Shown: positions 28,699 to 39,216, counted from the first letter of the stretch. The stretch is DNA of 64,000 nt from Candidatus Poribacteria bacterium (GCA_964291315.2 OZ219753.1:1792001-1856000), one strand, 5' to 3'. Notes: generated by a model not told the origin, from the letters alone. A program made the numbers and translations.

Positions 28699-30798
28699 AT
28701 GAAGTTAATCAGCGCAAAATTTCAAAACTTTCGCCTGCTACGAGATCTAGAGTTGGAGTTCTCGACAAGTGACGACAAAAAACTAACTGTAATTCGAGCG
28801 TCGAATGAAAGCGGAAAAACGACTATCTTAAACGGGCTTCAGTGGGCCCTCTACGGTGATGACGTGTTACCGAATAGAGGTAGAGGATACCGAATGTTCC
28901 CAATCGATTGGAAGAGCTCCGACGGAGGGGCAATCCCGATATCTGTGCAAGTTGATTTCGAGAAAACAACCTCTCGATATCGTCTTATCCGATCGGTGGA
29001 GGAGACAACAGACGGACACAGACAAAATTCGAAGGTAGAATTGTTTGAATTAGCAGAAACCGGGGCTAACCGCATTAATCCACCAGAAGCACAGATCGCT
29101 CGACTGTTGTTACCTCTGAATTTGCGCGAGGTGTTTTTCACCGACGGAGACCGAGCTCTGAATTTCATTGAAGCAGACTCTCAAACAGATAAACGTGGGC
29201 GGATCCAAGGAGCCATTCAATCTCTGTTAGGACTTGATGTGATTGATACTACCTTCAAACATTTAAAAAGGACAATTTCTGGGCTCAATAAAGACTCGAG
29301 GAATATCGGACCTGATACAGATCTCAGCCAAATTGTTACAGAATTGGAGGAGATAAATAAAAATATCGAACACCTTGAAGATAAAGTAGACGATGCGAAA
29401 CAGCAATTCGAGGCAATAGGACACAGTTTGGCAGATATCGATAGGGACATTGAAGCCGCACTGGTTAAGGGAGACCAAGAGGATCTTAATCGTAGGCTGA
29501 AAAGAACTGAAACAGAACTGGATGATCTCGAAAACCAAGAAAAAGAATTGGAAACCGAACACTCACAGCTGTTCAGAAAACCGCTCTTATTCCGAGAGCT
29601 GCTCACACCGGTTTTAGAACAAAGTTTCAAGAAATTGGATGAACTGCGCGATCAAGGGAAACTTCCGAGTCCGACTATTCCCGTACTTGTAGAACGACTC
29701 GCAGGGGTTACATGTATCTGTGGCGAATCATTGGACCAACACTCAGAAAGCGGGAAACAACGTAGAGAGCATATTGAACGCCTCATTAAGGAAAGTGAGA
29801 AGGCAGATGACCTCCAAAAATGCCTTACCGATCTCGATTACGGTTCATTGGAACTGAAACCAATAAAGAACGCCCATAACGACTCCTGGATCGATGAATA
29901 CAGTAAGGTGTCAACGCTTCATCATGAACTTGAAACGAAACGCGAGGAATTAGAAAAGGAACTCGCAGCACTTGAAGTTCAACTGGAAGGCATAGGAAAT
30001 ACCGATATTCAAAAACTTCGCACTACCAAACAGGAACACACTATCCAACGCGAAAGTCTGAACAACACCCGTATAGAGCGTGAAAGAGAACTCGAACGCC
30101 TAAAGGAACGGAGCAGATCCTTGACAGCAACACGTAATAACCTTCTAGCTCAGCAAAGAAAAGGGGCGCTGATACTAGCAAGATTAGATGCGACGCGCGA
30201 CATACAGCAGATCCTCGAAAACGCCTACAACCACATCGTAAACGAAGAATTGCAAAAAGTGAGTCAGCTGATGAACACCCTCTTCCTCGAAATGATTGGC
30301 GCGGATGCCGAACAAGGAGCAATCATTCAGAAAGCAGAGATTAGTGAAGATTTTGATATCCTCGTCTATGGCCCGAGTAAGCGCCCTTTGAACCCTGATA
30401 AAGATTTAAATGGTGCCTCTCGGCGCGCACTCACCACCGCATTTATTCTCGCTCTCACTAACGTAAGCGAAGTGGAGGCACCAAATGTGATTGACACACC
30501 GCTTGGAATGATGGATGGGTATGTCAAACGCTCTGTTCTCAAAACCGCCATCAAAGAAAGTTCACAGCTTATTCTCTTTCTAACGCGTTCTGAAATTAAA
30601 GACTGTGAGGATATTATAAAGAACGAGGCAGAATGTGTGACAACCATTACAAATTCCGCACATTACCCCAATATATTGGTGAACGATCCACATATAAACG
30701 AACCTCAGGCGTTCCGATGTGAGTGCCAGGATCTCGGCGAATGCAAAATGTGTAAGAGGCGAACCGATGTTGAGGTAGAAATCCAAACGGAAACTTAG
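28699..30798 (+). CDS. DndD/SbcC-like coiled-coil ABC ATPase with CxC hook (PbeC-like)
   Basis: FQNFR, Walker A NESGKTT, FFTDGD, coiled coils with central CICG, signature LNGASR, VIDTPLGMMD, C-terminal CEC...CKMC. Confidence 0.88.
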   Translation: MKLISAKFQNFRLLRDLELEFSTSDDKKLTVIRASNESGKTTILNGLQWALYGDDVLPNRGRGYRMFPIDWKSSDGGAIPISVQVDFEKTTSRYRLIRSVEETTDGHRQNSKVELFELAETGANRINPPEAQIARLLLPLNLREVFFTDGDRALNFIEADSQTDKRGRIQGAIQSLLGLDVIDTTFKHLKRTISGLNKDSRNIGPDTDLSQIVTELEEINKNIEHLEDKVDDAKQQFEAIGHSLADIDRDIEAALVKGDQEDLNRRLKRTETELDDLENQEKELETEHSQLFRKPLLFRELLTPVLEQSFKKLDELRDQGKLPSPTIPVLVERLAGVTCICGESLDQHSESGKQRREHIERLIKESEKADDLQKCLTDLDYGSLELKPIKNAHNDSWIDEYSKVSTLHHELETKREELEKELAALEVQLEGIGNTDIQKLRTTKQEHTIQRESLNNTRIERERELERLKERSRSLTATRNNLLAQQRKGALILARLDATRDIQQILENAYNHIVNEELQKVSQLMNTLFLEMIGADAEQGAIIQKAEISEDFDILVYGPSKRPLNPDKDLNGASRRALTTAFILALTNVSEVEAPNVIDTPLGMMDGYVKRSVLKTAIKESSQLILFLTRSEIKDCEDIIKNEAECVTTITNSAHYPNILVNDPHINEPQAFRCECQDLGECKMCKRRTDVEVEIQTET

Positions 30799-30807
30799 GA
30801 GATTGAT

Positions 30808-31311
30808 ATGGCACAACAATACAACAACCCTTTTTTAAATATGAGTGTTGTTTCACTTGCTACACAGCGACACCACTACGACCGTTACTGCCAAGCAGGA
30901 CAGAAACATATAGTGGATATGAGTCCATTTCCCAGGAAGGTAGACTTCTGGTTTGCAGCACTAGCATTGGCAGCACGTAAGAATCTCAAACCTATCGATT
31001 TAACGAAAGAGAAAACTGTTAACATTATTAGTGGCGATATTTTTAACACCGACGGCTGGCAGGCACAAGCCATAATGTTAATTGCAACAGCCGTCAAAGG
31101 GGATTTAAAGATCGTTCTCGAGCCAAGCCAAATGATGAAGATTGCTAACGGACTCGCAGCCGCAGGCGTTCCACACATTGTGAAAATGCTAGATGCAGGA
31201 CCCTCAAAACCGAGATGGAACCTCTCCGATGAACTCGCAGAACTGCTGCAATCTGATGCTGTTACCGAGGTAAAATCGGATCATCAACGACTCGCGGAAG
31301 CCCTGCGATGA
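30808..31311 (+). CDS. Hypothetical protein (PbeD/DndE-position)
   Basis: 167 aa, AGGAG SD, last gene of the tightly packed operon; no motif recognised with certainty. Confidence 0.7.
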   Translation: MAQQYNNPFLNMSVVSLATQRHHYDRYCQAGQKHIVDMSPFPRKVDFWFAALALAARKNLKPIDLTKEKTVNIISGDIFNTDGWQAQAIMLIATAVKGDLKIVLEPSQMMKIANGLAAAGVPHIVKMLDAGPSKPRWNLSDELAELLQSDAVTEVKSDHQRLAEALR

Positions 31312-31499
31312 TTCTATAACCGCACCGAAAATACCCAAAATATGGGATAATTGAGGGTTTTCGGCTCGGTAATGATATAACGCCCTCTTTGTGATGATAA
31401 CTGAGGCCGCTAGTGCCTCGGGAGTTTCCAACTTCGCGAAATCATTATTAAACAGAAAACTCTCCTTTTTTGATGCTCGGCACGAAACTCTGAATCAAC

Positions 31500-33956
31500 A
31501 TGAACACAAAGCAACTTTTCGACCAACTTTATCGATCTAAAACCGAAGACGATGTCGATCGAGTCATCAACGCACATCCGGACATTTTCGAAGCCGATAA
31601 AAACTGGCATCCCCTCGGGGGCAACGAAAACAACTTCGGTGTCATCGAAAATCAACAATCAACACCGATTGCAGCTTTGATTGAAAAGATCACAAACGCT
31701 ATTGATGCCGTTTTAATGAAAAAATGTCTGGAAGCAGGCATCGATCCCAAATCCAAGCAAGCTCCCAGCTCAATGGAAGAAGCCAAAGTCAAATTTTTTG
31801 CAAATCACAGAGATTGGGATCTCCCACGAACCCGAAAACAACAAGCAGAAAATATCCAAATTATCGCTGACGGCCCAAGGCTGAAACCTTCTTTGATTAT
31901 TTATGACGACGGTGAAGGGCAACACCCAGAAGAATTTGAGAAAACGTTCTTGTCATTATTGGGCGGCAATAAGACAGAGATCCACTTTGTCCAAGGCAAA
32001 TACAACATGGGCGGGAGCGGCGCTATTGTGTTCTGTGGCAAAAAACGATACCAACTCATCGGTTCTAAGCGATATGATAATACAGGCAAATTTGGATTCA
32101 CCCTAATCAGAGAACATCCGCTCACCGAAACAGAACAAACGGTTAAGAGAAATACATGGTATGAATACCTGAAAATCGGTGGCGTAATTCCATCTTTCCA
32201 CGCTGAACAGCAAAGCCTGGGGCTCTATAATAGAACATTTACCACCGGGACAATTATTAAACTGTACTCCTACGATTTGCCACCCGGAATCCGATCGGTT
32301 ATTTCCAGAGACCTGAATCAAGGCATCAACGAGTACCTGTTTGAACCCATTTTACCGGTGATTACTGTTGATAAAAAAGAACGTTACCCCGACGATCTAA
32401 ACCTTGAAAGAGACGTATACGGACTCAAACGCAGATTAGAACGGGAAGATAACAGGTACATTGAAGAAGCTTTTTCCGAAGATTTCAACGACACGCTTTT
32501 TGGAAAAATGAAGGTGACCTGTTATCTCTTCAAAACGAAAATAGATGCTCAATCTGTTAAAGAGAGTAAAGGTACAATTCGGAGAGAATTTTTTAAGAAC
32601 AACATGTCCATCCTATTTTCGATCAACGGACAGGTTCATGGACACTACACCTCAGAATTCATAACCCGATCTCTCAAATTGAATCTACTTAAAGAGCATC
32701 TTCTCATTCATGTCGATTGCACAAACATGAACTACGATTTCCGTAAAGAGTTATTCATGGCATCTCGAGACCGTTTAAAAAGCGGCGAGGAAAATAATGC
32801 CTTACGAAAGTTATTAGCAGACAAACTCGGAGCGAAAAATGGACGCTTGCAGCAAATACAGAAACAACGTAAAGATTCAATCGCGGTAGAAAGTGAAGGG
32901 GCGAAAGACTTAATAAAATCTTTCGCACGGAATTTTTCACGAAATCCAGAATTGTTGAAGCTGTTGGATCAAACGTTAAATTTCGACCTACCTCTTAAAA
33001 CGAACCAAAGCGCGAAAACCAACACGGCAACCAAACGAAATAAGATGGAGCAAGAACGCTTTAATCCAAAGCGATTCCCCGCACTTTTCAAACGCCGGAT
33101 ACAAGGCAAAAAAGATAAAGAGGTCGTTATAATACCGCTTGGCGACGAAAAAACAATTCTCTTTGACACGGACGTTGAGAACAACTATTTTGATCGTACA
33201 GAAGAACCTGGCGAATTGAAAATCGCCATTCTTGGTTTCAAAGAAAATGATACGGAAGACGGAAACGCCCCAGGAGAAGCGGATCAGATTGAAAATGTAT
33301 TCAATGTGCGAAAAAGCAGCCCCCAGAACGGAACAATCAAGCTCCACCTCAATCCAAAGGAGGCGGTAAACGTTGGGGATGAAGTAAAGATCAAAGTTAG
33401 CTTGGAAGATCCAACCGGCGGGGAATTTAAGGAAATATTTTGGGTAAAGATCACTGAGAAGAAAGCCCCCACACAGCCTTCACCGAAACCTGAAAAAAAG
33501 GAAACCCCAACCTTAGGATTGCCTGAGTTAATATACGCCTATAAAGAAGAAAAACCAGATAGAGAAGGTGTATCTTGGGAAAAATTTGAGGAGAACACCA
33601 CTAAACAGATGGATTACAATACCGTGATGCAACCTATAGCAGAAGGTGAGAAGTTAGAGCGTGTTTATATCAACATGGACAGTAAGGTTTTGAAAAACCT
33701 CAGAGCCAAAACCAGAAACCCCAGTCAGGAGCAATTAGAGACAACTAATAAAAGGTACATCGCCGCTGTATATTCCCACACGCTGTTTTTGTACGCAATC
33801 ACCAAAGCACATAAATACGGAATTGTGAAAGAGGAAAACGGCACAGATTCCGATGTGGAATTAGACATTTACCTCAAAGACCTCTTCGACTCTTACTACG
33901 CAGAATTCCTTCTGAACTACGGTTTCGATGAAATCATGCAATTGTTAGAAGACTAA
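31500..33956 (+). CDS. GHKL (MORC/MutL-like) ATPase domain protein
   Basis: Bergerat-fold motifs EKITNAIDA, IYDDGEGQ, QGKYNMGGSG, GTIIK; long uncharacterised C-terminus. Confidence 0.8.
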   Translation: MNTKQLFDQLYRSKTEDDVDRVINAHPDIFEADKNWHPLGGNENNFGVIENQQSTPIAALIEKITNAIDAVLMKKCLEAGIDPKSKQAPSSMEEAKVKFFANHRDWDLPRTRKQQAENIQIIADGPRLKPSLIIYDDGEGQHPEEFEKTFLSLLGGNKTEIHFVQGKYNMGGSGAIVFCGKKRYQLIGSKRYDNTGKFGFTLIREHPLTETEQTVKRNTWYEYLKIGGVIPSFHAEQQSLGLYNRTFTTGTIIKLYSYDLPPGIRSVISRDLNQGINEYLFEPILPVITVDKKERYPDDLNLERDVYGLKRRLEREDNRYIEEAFSEDFNDTLFGKMKVTCYLFKTKIDAQSVKESKGTIRREFFKNNMSILFSINGQVHGHYTSEFITRSLKLNLLKEHLLIHVDCTNMNYDFRKELFMASRDRLKSGEENNALRKLLADKLGAKNGRLQQIQKQRKDSIAVESEGAKDLIKSFARNFSRNPELLKLLDQTLNFDLPLKTNQSAKTNTATKRNKMEQERFNPKRFPALFKRRIQGKKDKEVVIIPLGDEKTILFDTDVENNYFDRTEEPGELKIAILGFKENDTEDGNAPGEADQIENVFNVRKSSPQNGTIKLHLNPKEAVNVGDEVKIKVSLEDPTGGEFKEIFWVKITEKKAPTQPSPKPEKKETPTLGLPELIYAYKEEKPDREGVSWEKFEENTTKQMDYNTVMQPIAEGEKLERVYINMDSKVLKNLRAKTRNPSQEQLETTNKRYIAAVYSHTLFLYAITKAHKYGIVKEENGTDSDVELDIYLKDLFDSYYAEFLLNYGFDEIMQLLED

Positions 33957-34133
33957 CCTCCCGAACAAAGCATTAACACTACTTTTCCGCAAGCAAAATA
34001 AACCTTGCCCCCAACTATCATAAATGCCCTACCCCACCCTAATTCTTGCACACACAAAATTCCCCTTGTAATTCCACACGACTCCGTGTACGATAAAATA
34101 CTGTTTTTATACCCTCAACGACGGAGGAAATAG

Positions 34134-37100
34134 ATGCCCCATCTCAACATCAAGCCTATGCATAAACCTATCAAAACTTACTACGCCGAACTTGAAAAAT
34201 ACGCACAACTCGGTGAGCAAAATGAAGGCACTGTCCGTGCAGCCTTCCAACACCTGCTCCAACACTACTGCCACCAAGCCAAACTTACACTGCTCTGCGA
34301 AAAAACACACTACACACCCGAGAAAAAACGCATAATCCCGGACGGGGAAGTCGTGGACACCTACGGACTACCGCACGGCTACTGGGAAGCAAAAGATACA
34401 CACGATGACCTGCTCCTCGAGGCTGCCAAGAAGTTTGACGCAGGCTACCCCTCCAAGAACATCGTCGTGCAGTCGCCCACACGCGCCCTGCTTTATCAGG
34501 ACGGGCAGCTGCAGCTCGACGCCGACATCACTGATCCGTGCAACCTCGTTCAGGTGCTCCAAACCTTCTTTGCGTATCAGGAGGCAAACATCGCCGCGTG
34601 GCACACCGCTGTCGCTGATTTCAAGGAAGCCGTGCCCGCACTCGGAGCGAAGTTAGTGAGGCTCATCGAGACCGAGCGTCGAGACAACGTGCGGTTTCAA
34701 GAGGCGTTCCACCAGTTCCATGTGCAGTGCTGTGCCTCCATCAACCCGGGTCTCTCCATTGCTGCTGTGGAGGAGATGCTGATCCAACATCTCCTCACCG
34801 AACGCATCTTCCGCACGGTGTTTGATAACCCTGACTTCACGCGCCGGAATATCATCGCCCGGGAAATAGAAAACGTCATAGATGTGCTGACGGAACGGAC
34901 GTTGAACCGGTCGGAGTTTCTTCGTCCTTACGACCCGTTCTACGCGGCGATAGAGAGCACCGCTGCGACCCTCACAGCGTTCTCACAGAAGCAGCACTTC
35001 CTCAACACCGTCTACGAGCAGTTCTTTCAAGGGTTCTCCGTCAAGGTTGCCGACACGCACGGCATCGTCTACACGCCGCAGCCGATCGTGGATTTCATGG
35101 TCAACAGCGTGCAACATCTATTAGAGACCGAGTTTGATCGTTCGTTATCGGATAGCGGTGTGCATATCATAGACCCGTTTGTCGGCACGGGCAACTTCAT
35201 CGTGCGGTTGATGCAGGTCCTGGATCCGATCTCTCTGGAGCGAAAATACACCGCCGATCCGCCTGAACTCCAGTGTAACGAGGTGATGCTGTTGCCGTAT
35301 TACATTGCGAGTCTGAATATTGAGCAGCAGTTTTACACTGTGACGCGCCGGTATTCGGCTTATGAGGGCATCTGCCTTGTAGATACGTTTGAGGTATCGG
35401 AGGCTCGGCAGATGGCGCTGTTCGCGCCGGGGAACACGGAGCGGGTTGAGCAGCAGAAGCGGACGCCGATGTTCGTAGTGATCGGCAATCCGCCGTATAA
35501 TGCGGGTCAGAAGAGAGAGAGCGACAACAACAAGAATAGGAAGCACCCGATCGTAGATGCGAGAGTTGCGGAGACGTATGTCAAAGGCTCTGCAGCACGG
35601 AACCCCAATAAGCTCTACGATCCGTATGTGAAGGCGATCCGGTGGGCCTCCGATCGTATTGGAGAGGAGGGCGTTGTGGCACTGGTAACGAATAACAGCT
35701 TTTTGGACGGCATCGCGTTTGATGGGGTGCGAAAGCACCTTGCGGCAGACTTCGATGCCCTCTACGTTCTCGACTTAGGCGGAAATGTGCAGCGCGGATT
35801 AAAGGTCTCTAAAGCGAATGTATTCAACATTCGGATAGGGGTGAGTATCAATCTATTCGTGAAAAACAGAGACAGGTCATCAGAGCAGCCGCGTATCTTT
35901 TATTATCGCACGGATGAGTTGTGGGATAGAGATCAGAAGTTTGCGTTTCTGAATAAATGTCAGCATGTGGGCGGTGTTGCGTGGCAGTCCATTGAACCCG
36001 ATGCGCGGCACGCGTGGCTAACCGAAGGGCTGGCACCTGAGTTTGAGACCTTTCTTCCGATAGGGACTAAGGCATCAAAGACGGCAAAAAATGAGGTACA
36101 AGATGTCTTTTTTAAAACCTACAGCAATGGTGTGCAAACGGCTCGCGATGCGTGGGCTTACAATTTCAACCGAGACGCACTCACTGAAAATATAAGCAGG
36201 ATGATTGAAAATTACAACGCAGAAGTCGCGCGTTGGACACAACGAACAAATAGGGAGGCGGCCGTTGATAATTTTCTGATTTCCGATGCCACGAAGATCA
36301 AGTGGAGTTCGACGTTAAAGCGGAAGCTACAGAGCGGTCAGAACACAGCATTTACAGAGGCAAATATCCGTTCCAGCCTTTATCGCCCCTTTACGAAATC
36401 CAACCTCTACTTTGACCGAATGATGAACCATAGGGTAGGAGGCTTTCCATCTATCTTCCCCACCCCAGAGACTGAATCAGAAAATTGGGTCATTTGCGTC
36501 AGCGTGACACTAGAAAAACCCTTTACTTGTTTGATGACTGCTTGTATTCCTGAATTTGTAGTAACGGGCGGGTTTGGATCACCAACCCAATGCTTTCCAT
36601 TCTACACCTATGACGAAGACGGCGCAAATCGCCGCGAAAATATCACCGATTGGGCATTGACAGAATTTCGATCTCATTACAAAGACGACAACATCAGCAA
36701 GTGGGACATCTTCCACTATACCTATGGGCTCCTGCATCATCTAGACTACCAAAAGAAATACGAGGCGAACCTCAAGCGCGATCTGCCGCACATCCCCTTC
36801 GCCACAGACTTCTGGGCGTTTGCTACCGCAGGCGCGCAACTCGCAGAGCTCCACGCTAACTACGAATCTCAACCCGAATATGAAGAGCTCAAGTTGATTC
36901 AGAACCCCGAGGTGCCGCTTAACTGGCGCGTGGAGAAGATGAAACTCTCCAAAGACAGAACACAGTTGACATATAACGACTTCTTGACACTTGCCGACAT
37001 CCCGCCCGAAGTGTTTGCGTATCGGTTAGGCACTCGTTCGGCGTTGGAGTGGGTGATAGATCAATATCGCGTCAAAAGGGACAAGTGGAGTGGGCTGGTC

Positions 37101-37214
37101 AGCGATCCGAATTGTGCGGAGGCACCGCGCTATATTGTGGAGTTAATTGGCAAGGTAATTACGGTGAGTTTAGAGACGGTGGCAATCGTTGAGAAGCTGC
37201 CACCGATACCGTAG
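34134..37214 (+). CDS. Type IIG / ISP-like restriction-modification enzyme (REase + m6A MTase + TRD, no helicase)
   Basis: PDG...YWEAKD (PD-D/ExK), GIVYTPQPIVDF, DPFVGTGNF, IGNPPYN, LYRPFTK, ISP-type C-terminus (DIFHYTYGLLH...SALEWVIDQY). Confidence 0.9.
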   Translation: MPHLNIKPMHKPIKTYYAELEKYAQLGEQNEGTVRAAFQHLLQHYCHQAKLTLLCEKTHYTPEKKRIIPDGEVVDTYGLPHGYWEAKDTHDDLLLEAAKKFDAGYPSKNIVVQSPTRALLYQDGQLQLDADITDPCNLVQVLQTFFAYQEANIAAWHTAVADFKEAVPALGAKLVRLIETERRDNVRFQEAFHQFHVQCCASINPGLSIAAVEEMLIQHLLTERIFRTVFDNPDFTRRNIIAREIENVIDVLTERTLNRSEFLRPYDPFYAAIESTAATLTAFSQKQHFLNTVYEQFFQGFSVKVADTHGIVYTPQPIVDFMVNSVQHLLETEFDRSLSDSGVHIIDPFVGTGNFIVRLMQVLDPISLERKYTADPPELQCNEVMLLPYYIASLNIEQQFYTVTRRYSAYEGICLVDTFEVSEARQMALFAPGNTERVEQQKRTPMFVVIGNPPYNAGQKRESDNNKNRKHPIVDARVAETYVKGSAARNPNKLYDPYVKAIRWASDRIGEEGVVALVTNNSFLDGIAFDGVRKHLAADFDALYVLDLGGNVQRGLKVSKANVFNIRIGVSINLFVKNRDRSSEQPRIFYYRTDELWDRDQKFAFLNKCQHVGGVAWQSIEPDARHAWLTEGLAPEFETFLPIGTKASKTAKNEVQDVFFKTYSNGVQTARDAWAYNFNRDALTENISRMIENYNAEVARWTQRTNREAAVDNFLISDATKIKWSSTLKRKLQSGQNTAFTEANIRSSLYRPFTKSNLYFDRMMNHRVGGFPSIFPTPETESENWVICVSVTLEKPFTCLMTACIPEFVVTGGFGSPTQCFPFYTYDEDGANRRENITDWALTEFRSHYKDDNISKWDIFHYTYGLLHHLDYQKKYEANLKRDLPHIPFATDFWAFATAGAQLAELHANYESQPEYEELKLIQNPEVPLNWRVEKMKLSKDRTQLTYNDFLTLADIPPEVFAYRLGTRSALEWVIDQYRVKRDKWSGLVSDPNCAEAPRYIVELIGKVITVSLETVAIVEKLPPIP

Positions 37215-37283
37215 GCAACTTTACGCGCGATCCCCTCTTTTTCCCGCTATAGCAACGCCTGAGCAAGATAACCGCTGCTCACC

Positions 37284-37312
37284 TTGACTTCGCCACCACA
37301 ATATGATAAACT
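37284..37312 (+). promoter_or_regulatory. Sigma70 promoter
   Basis: TTGACT-17 nt-TAAACT with extended TG. Confidence 0.6.
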
Positions 37313-37421
37313 ATACTAAATTTCTATACTTCACTTCACACCGCACTGATACGTAGGAAACCGCGCCAACAGACGCGGCGAAAGCACAGAAAACTTCTTG
37401 AAAAACTAGGCAAAACACATT

Positions 37422-38354
37422 ATGAACAAAACCTGGGCATACATCTCCATCGCAATTTTCATTTTCATACCGCTATCCGCAGCAGCCGATAGCACAGACA
37501 TACACGAAAACGCAGGCACTCGCGCCATGACCTTCCTCAAAATCGGCGTCGGTGCCGAAGCAATGAGCATGGGCGAATCGCACGTCGCCGCAACAGATGA
37601 CCTCTACGCATCCTATTGGAATCCCGCAGGACTCACGCGACTCCAGAAACCGCAACTCGCCCTCATGCATAACGAATGGTTCGCAGGAATCAATCACGAA
37701 TTCATAGGCTTTGCACTACCACTCCCAAACATAGGCACCATCGGATTCAGCACCAGCTATCTCTCCTTCGGGGAACTGCAAGGACGCGACCGAGACGGAA
37801 ACGAAACAACCCTCTTCCGACCCTACGATTTAGCCTTGATACTCTCATACGCACGCACGCTCAGGCAAAACCTCGCCTTTGGAATAAACGCAAAATTCTT
37901 GCGAGAACAGATCGCCGACGAAAGCGGCACAGGAATCGCCTTCGACGCAGGAGCACTATACACCCTCTCACAAATACCCCTCTCCTTAGGCTTCAACGCT
38001 CAGCACCTCGGCCCAAGAGTGACGTTTATAGAGGAAGCCTTTGGACTGCCCGTTACGTTTAGACTCGGCGGTGCCTACACACTCTGGAACGAGACGCTCA
38101 CCCTAACCGCCGATATTATCCGACCCTCTGACAACGATCTCGCCACCGGCATCGGAGTCGCCTATGCACCCAGCAACAACTTGCAGCTCCGCACCGGCTA
38201 TAACTACAAAATCGGCGGTAACGATTTGGGACCCGCCTCCGGACTCGCAGGCGGCTTCGGACTAACGCTGCGGCAGTTTCAAATCGACTACGCACTCGTC
38301 CCATTCGGCGTTCTCGGATTAACCCACAGATTCTCCCTAGTCGCCAATTTTTAA
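37422..38354 (+). CDS. PorV/PorQ-family outer-membrane beta-barrel
   Basis: Signal peptide, FLKIGVGAEAMSMG, YWNPAGL, IDYA...LGLTHRFSL, terminal Phe. Confidence 0.85.
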   Translation: MNKTWAYISIAIFIFIPLSAAADSTDIHENAGTRAMTFLKIGVGAEAMSMGESHVAATDDLYASYWNPAGLTRLQKPQLALMHNEWFAGINHEFIGFALPLPNIGTIGFSTSYLSFGELQGRDRDGNETTLFRPYDLALILSYARTLRQNLAFGINAKFLREQIADESGTGIAFDAGALYTLSQIPLSLGFNAQHLGPRVTFIEEAFGLPVTFRLGGAYTLWNETLTLTADIIRPSDNDLATGIGVAYAPSNNLQLRTGYNYKIGGNDLGPASGLAGGFGLTLRQFQIDYALVPFGVLGLTHRFSLVANF

Positions 38355-39070
38355 CCAGCAACCCGAAAAGCAAGAGCATCAGACGCAGCCCCAATAAACG
38401 CCTCAAATAACTTACGCCTATGCTCAAGAAATTCAGCCGTTTGAATCATCCGCTCCGGATGGTATTGGACCCCCAAGGCAAAACGCTTCGACGGATTCTC
38501 TATTGCCTCAATCACCCCATCTCCCGACCGCGCCGTAACAATAAAACCTTCACCAATATCGTCCACGGCTTGGTGATGGTCAGAATTGACAGTATCTGAC
38601 GTCTGACCACCTATAACTTCGCACAGCAGGCTGCCGGGCTCAATCTCAATCTCATGTCGCGCATCAACGCCCCTCTTTTTCACCGAATGCGGCAGAGGAG
38701 CACTGAACTGAGACGGAACATCTTGGTACAGGTCTCCATCCATCGCAATACTCATCACCTGAATCCCGCGACAAATCCCGAAAACAGGTAGATTCGCCTC
38801 CAGCGCCCTCTTGCATAGCGGTAACTCCATCTCATCCCGCTCTTCCCTAACAAATTTCAGCGATGGATGCCACTCCTGACCGAAAAACCTCGGGTGAACA
38901 TCGCCACCCCCTGTTAGTAAAAGTCCATGAATCTCTCTCAATTCAGAATCTGGAACACCGGGATACACCGCCACTGGTACACCGCCATACATCTCAACAG
39001 CCCGGATATAATTGTTACGCCGTCTGTTCTCAGCCTCTCTTCTAAATGTGACTCCGATAAGGGGTATCAT
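38351..39070 (-). CDS. Gamma-glutamyl-gamma-aminobutyrate hydrolase family (peptidase C26)
   Basis: GLLLTGGGDV, GICRGIQ, VNSDHHQAV, GVQYHPE. Confidence 0.92.
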   Translation of the reverse strand: MIPLIGVTFRREAENRRRNNYIRAVEMYGGVPVAVYPGVPDSELREIHGLLLTGGGDVHPRFFGQEWHPSLKFVREERDEMELPLCKRALEANLPVFGICRGIQVMSIAMDGDLYQDVPSQFSAPLPHSVKKRGVDARHEIEIEPGSLLCEVIGGQTSDTVNSDHHQAVDDIGEGFIVTARSGDGVIEAIENPSKRFALGVQYHPERMIQTAEFLEHRRKLFEAFIGAASDALAFRVAG

Positions 39071-39216
39071 ACAATAACCTCTCTTTGTAATATTTACTCA
39101 ATTATACCCTATTTTGATGCCAAAAAACAAGCTAATCCGATCCGATAACGCAGCCCTAGAAAACCCGCCACATCCAACCGATCTCGCCAAACGCGAATAA
39201 TCTTGCCAATAACTAT

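Noticed and set aside
28699-30798. Housekeeping SbcC/RecN/SMC
   Set aside because: No SbcD partner, short coiled coil, DndD-like DTPLG motif and defence-operon context.
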